A DNA stretch of 54,502 bases, the filler included, from Catajapyx aquilonaris (lineage: Eukaryota): NCBI GenBank assembly GCA_000934665.2. It is 3 parts of 3 records of this genome, joined end to end, with 100 filler letters (N's around TTAATTAATTAA, not from the genome) between each part and the next. Parts side by side here need not be neighbours in the genome. Positions count along the whole stretch, not along the records: positions 36,399 to 54,502 come from JYFJ02006778.1; 2 more parts are not named here. One strand, 5' to 3'. This document shows positions 50,567 to 54,502 of the stretch, piece after piece (positions within the stretch are counted from its first letter, which is position 1; each line of letters begins with the position of its first letter). Under the pieces are notes generated by a model. It saw only the letters and a program-made list of their open reading frames with translations, had not been told where the DNA came from and did not search any database. A program made the translations under genes and the position numbers.

Positions 50567-50742
50567 AAACTTTGACAGCCTCTCACCAAATGACATCAAA
50601 AGCAATTGCAAGAAAGCGTTTGATGCTGCTGAAACGCTTGGGATCAATAGGGTCATAGAGCCTTCTGACATGGTCCTCCTTGCCATCCCTGACAAGTTGG
50701 CTGTAATGACCTACCTGTATGAACTCAGAGCCCACTTTACAG
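50567..50742 (+). CDS. EHBP1: EHBP1 calponin-homology domain, second exon
   Basis: [80 protein letters not shown] is characteristic of EHBP1; phases 2 to 1 are consistent. Confidence 0.93.
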
Positions 50743-50913
50743 GTGAGATTGACAAGAAGTTGGGGTTGGTGCAATAATTATGTCACATTTTTAAACATTT
50801 CCATCCATTATGGTCACTGTCAGTCCTTGGTTGTGATCGAATGATTTATAATGTGAAGCGTTTGCAGCATAATTGGAACCAGGGCTTGTAAGTTGGGAGC
50901 AATTGCTTTACTG

Positions 50914-51276
50914 ATAAGGGAACGACTAAGGTCAGTCACCTCCAATTTGGTTGAAACTCACTTGAGGGGTCGCTCATGTGCGATAGACACAGTGGTGACA
51001 GTCCTAGATGCCACTGTCCATCCGCTTCCGAGATATGAGCGACAGAAACATCCGAATTTTGGCAGCTCGTATAGGGGCACTTGTCCCTTCCCGCCCGACA
51101 CCTGTACGCGGCCAAAATGCGGATTTTTTTTTTGTCGCTCATATCTCAGAAACGGCTGGACAGTGGCATCTAGGACTCTCACCACTGTGTCTATCACACA
51201 TGAGTGACCCCTCAAGTGAGTTTCAGCCATGGGTTTCAACCAAATCGGAGGGGACCGACCTTGGTAGTTCCCTTGT
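50914..51276. mobile_element. MITE with ~140-bp TIRs in an EHBP1 intron
   Basis: AAGGGAAC...GTTCCCTT termini; arms share TGAAACTCACTTGAGGGGTC, GATAGACACAGTGGTGA and GTCCTAGATGCCACTGTCCA in inverted orientation. Confidence 0.85.
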
Positions 51277-51442
51277 GAGTGGGACCTTGCACTACAATAA
51301 TAAATACAGTAACAGGACCTTTAGTTCTGTCCTGATTATGTGATCTAACTGGGACTGGCAAATGGTTAGATTGCAGAAAATGCTGAACCAGGTGGCAATA
51401 GGGAGGGGGGTGGGAGTCAATTTACCAGCTGAGTGGAATTGC

Positions 51443-51490
51443 AATAATAATAATAACAATAATGATGATGATGATAATGATAATAATGAT
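51443..51490 (+). repeat. (AAT/GAT)n imperfect microsatellite
   Basis: Direct observation. Confidence 0.85.
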
Positions 51491-51769
51491 ACAGGTGGGA
51501 CCCATTTTACTCCACTTCATTTTGCACTGTTTCACATCACCAGTTTTTAAATTACCTTTGAAATTTAAATGGGAAAATTGTGAAAAATTTGAAAATAACA
51601 AAACAATATCAACATAAATACATTGATGCAACATTTCTGAGTCCAAGCACACTATAGTATAGGCACTTTTTTGTTTTTTGTGCTGCATGGTCATAGGGTC
51701 TATGGATATAATTACAGTGTACTGTGCTGTAGCCCTGCAGTGCTGCACTCTACTGTATGCATAGAGAAT

Positions 51770-51980
51770 AATAAATACAGCAAAGAGTTTGGGGATTCCC
51801 ATCTCCTCCCTCAACCAATCCCCACTTCTGCCTATCACACCATCTTGCATCATCCTCTCCATCTCTCCCAGCCAGCCCAGTTCCCGTAGCTGGTGAAATG
51901 ATACGTCAATCCTCAAGTTCTTACCAAAGACGAAAAAGGAACCCTCAGAACCCATCAACCTTCAACCAGGAACCTCCCCT
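51770..51980 (+). mobile_element. Possible decayed LINE RT N-terminal fragment
   Basis: QFP*...FLPKTKKEPSEPINLQP resembles FP..WK...IPK..K.P..P.NYRP; heavily broken. Confidence 0.3.
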
Positions 51981-52890
51981 TAAAAGCATGTATTAAATGT
52001 TTCAAATGATTAGCATTAATAACAGCAATATTAGTAACTGTCTGTGGAAAATTTTGGAACCCATATCACTCGCTAGCCATATAATTTTGTTTCGTTTTTA
52101 CACAGTTTCACTTTACGCTATCGTGTTGGTTGGAACCAATATATTGCAGGTATAAAATTGGTACTCTCTGAACTTTGAATAATTATTCTCCAATACAAAT
52201 AAGATAAGAGAGTATGAAGGGATTATTTAGGGAAGTAAATTATTATAAGCTAAATTATTGATTGAAAATTAATTAAATGCATCATGGAGTTGACAGTTTG
52301 GCATCCATAGTAGTACCTGATGCACCTACAAAGAAGGTAATAGTGGGAGTGGACAAACTACGTAGTGTGAATTGCACACAAAAGAACACTGTAAAAAGTG
52401 TAAATAGAACATGACAGATAAAACGGAATTTCAGGTAACTGAAGGTTAATTACCGGGACACTACTGTGCAGAGTAATAACACAGTTCTGTTACCACTTTC
52501 ACAAGTATCAGTTGAGAGTTGGGACTTCTGCATATTATCATGAGATGGTCAATTGTGAATGCAATTTTTAAAACTTTGCAGAGAGAGGGGGGAGGGGGGG
52601 GGGAATCAGAAACCACGTATGTTCATTATTGAGTGAAGAGCACTCAACAATGAACATGTAGGAGTGGCATGGGATATCTGGTAAAGTGTCATTGTTTTAA
52701 TTTGATACACAATCGTTGAATACCATACGTAAAAGAACTGGAGTTTTGAGGTTTGATAATTACTTAATTTATGGTATTTCAAGGTGAATGCATGCTTTAT
52801 TTTTCATTATTTTGTAACTGTCACTCTTGCACCAATCTTCTTTAGGAACTGTTGCAAACATTTGTAAATATAATATTTCTTCAAAAATAG

Positions 52891-53438
52891 GCTATGAGCT
52901 GGAAGTGCAGCGAATTGGTCCCACCTTGGAACAGTCATCATACATCGTTGGCCGCTTTGACTCTGACATTAACTCAGAGATTACACGCAATATGTTTGCC
53001 CGGGAGATCCTCAACCTTTGGAACCAGCAAGGGGGACAGAAAGAAGGTGGAGGACAGAAACGGGGGTCAGGTGACTTGAGTGGATCAAGCATGGAAAACT
53101 CTCCTGAGAGACAGGTCCCATCTGGTGGCAGTGTACTTGGGAATCATCCTCCTCCAGAAGTTTCAGATATTCTTAATGCAAATCGAAGGGACAGTGGAGG
53201 TAGCAACACATCCTCTCCCATACGGCAAGTCAAGGCCCCCTTTTTCAAGAAAACATCCCCAGGTGGTAGCACTGTCACAGCAGATGATGGACAGAGAACC
53301 CCAACTAGAGGAGGCTCCACGAAAGAAAAGTCACCCACTACTGTGAAGGATGTCAAAGAGAAGCTGATTGCCAGTTCCAAAAGTATTTTCGGAAAAATGC
53401 TTTCCCCAACAAGGGAAAAGAGCAATAAGGATGCCAAG
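52891..53438 (+). CDS. EHBP1: EHBP1 exon following the CH domain
   Basis: Phase-1 acceptor TAG; (G)YELEVQRIGPTLEQSSYIVGRFDSD matches the EHBP1 post-CH motif (EL.V.QI.....S.Y.VG); Ser/Gly-rich linker; donor AAG|GTACCA. Confidence 0.88.
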
Positions 53439-53949
53439 GTACCATGGTGTACTGTAAATTTAATGTGTGGTGGTAGTGAAAGCTGAGCATATCATTTCCT
53501 TAGTGGTTTAGGCAATCCATGGTTGACAGATATGTAGTAGTTCTACGTATGTTGTAGGGAAATTTTAGTGACCACAAAGGTTTGATGTGTGTCTTGACTT
53601 AGATCAATACAGGGCCTAATTATTGGCCTCATGCTGGCCCAACATGCCCGCCGGCGGCCATGTTGGGCCATCATGTAGCCCTCCCCTTTCGTACCTATAA
53701 AGTTCAGCCTAGTCCGGTAGGGTCGCCACTTATCCTGGCCTCCGAAATGTCTCATGGCGCTCTCAGGTGAGCACCCGCTGCAAAATGCCTCGGCAGGTGA
53801 TAACGCCAGAACGTAGTATAAGTGTCCGGGGGCTGAGTGGGATGTTCCAAACGTGCATTCTCGGGGAACCACTGGCTATAATGCGAATGAAGACATCGCA
53901 GCGAAATTTGAACTGAACAAACCTTATTATGTGAGAAAGGAAATGGCAT

Positions 53950-54240
53950 CACAACATGTGCATCCAGGAAGACCTGAATGCGACGTTTCATATTTTGGAT
54001 GGCCCTGGCCAGCATGTCCTGAGACACTGCCTGAATTTTTTGGATGTTGTTTTCTTTCAAGGTGTCGATGGATCGTGGTTTGTTTCGGTTTGCATACCCT
54101 TCACAAGGGTAGTCAGTGATGAAGTAGATCCGAATTAACCACAATTATGACCTTAACAAATTACACATTCAATGCAATAAATCATTGTTACATGTCCAGA
54201 GTATTTCATACTCCATCAGACAAACTTTTGGGGTGAACTC
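53950..54240 (-). mobile_element. Degenerate Tc1/mariner-superfamily transposase C-terminus
   Basis: GY...NKPRSIDTLKENNIQKIQAVSQDMLARAIQNMKRRIQVFLDAH, the typical post-catalytic helix region. Confidence 0.65.
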
Positions 54241-54375
54241 ATGGGCACCAGTGGACCACTTTACACGGAGGTGTTGGTTGGTCTGCTAAGTCAAGTTGCC
54301 AAAGTAATGGGCTATTTATCATGTAGTGTACCCTGGGAAATTTGGTAGAAGTGACTGTCAAATACATAGAACATC

Positions 54376-54502
54376 GGGGAGATGAAGTGGCGCCGCGGTA
54401 ACGCACGCGCCCACGGATATGAAGGTCCCGGGTTCAATCCCCACCCGGGGTTCCCACCTTTATCCGTGCAGAGTTGGGCCATCTCTGGCTTCATTTCGGG
54501 TG
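54376..54502 (+). mobile_element. 5' head of a second tRNA-derived SINE (cut by window end)
   Basis: GGGGAG...GTGGCGCCGCGGTAACG...GGTCCCGGGTTCAATCCCC; colinear with the head of the 39955-40299 SINE. Confidence 0.65.

Noticed and set aside
48802..50742. MICAL-like or smoothelin CH domain
   Set aside because: [22 protein letters not shown] followed by EL.V..I...S.Y.VG fits EHBP1, and no LIM domain follows.

Overview
This is animal genomic DNA, most likely arthropod/insect, and it is not one contiguous locus. Two identical 100-nt spacers (44N-TTAATTAATTAA-44N at 18105-18204 and 36299-36398) join three ~18.1-kb segments, so nothing should be inferred across them. Segment 1 (1-18104) is mostly transposon debris: the 5' ends of two Ty3/Gypsy-like LTR elements (tRNA-Leu and tRNA-His primer sites), an R1-like LINE tail, an intron-containing Merlin (ISXO2-like) transposase, an internally deleted RTE piece, a ~370-bp inverted repeat, MITEs and an Academ-like remnant. 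Segment 2 (18205-36298) holds the 5' half of calreticulin (minus strand), with a perfect ERSE in its promoter. It lies head-to-head with a predicted 4-coding-exon C19orf44/DUF4614-like gene, an arrangement I recall for human CALR3-C19orf44; this is the most interesting signal in the window. Segment 3 (36399-54502) holds four internal exons of EHBP1 (CH domain) plus MITEs, tRNA-derived SINEs and a Tc1/mariner remnant. I found no CRISPR array, rRNA or true tRNA gene. All family calls come from recognising motifs by eye; no database search was run.
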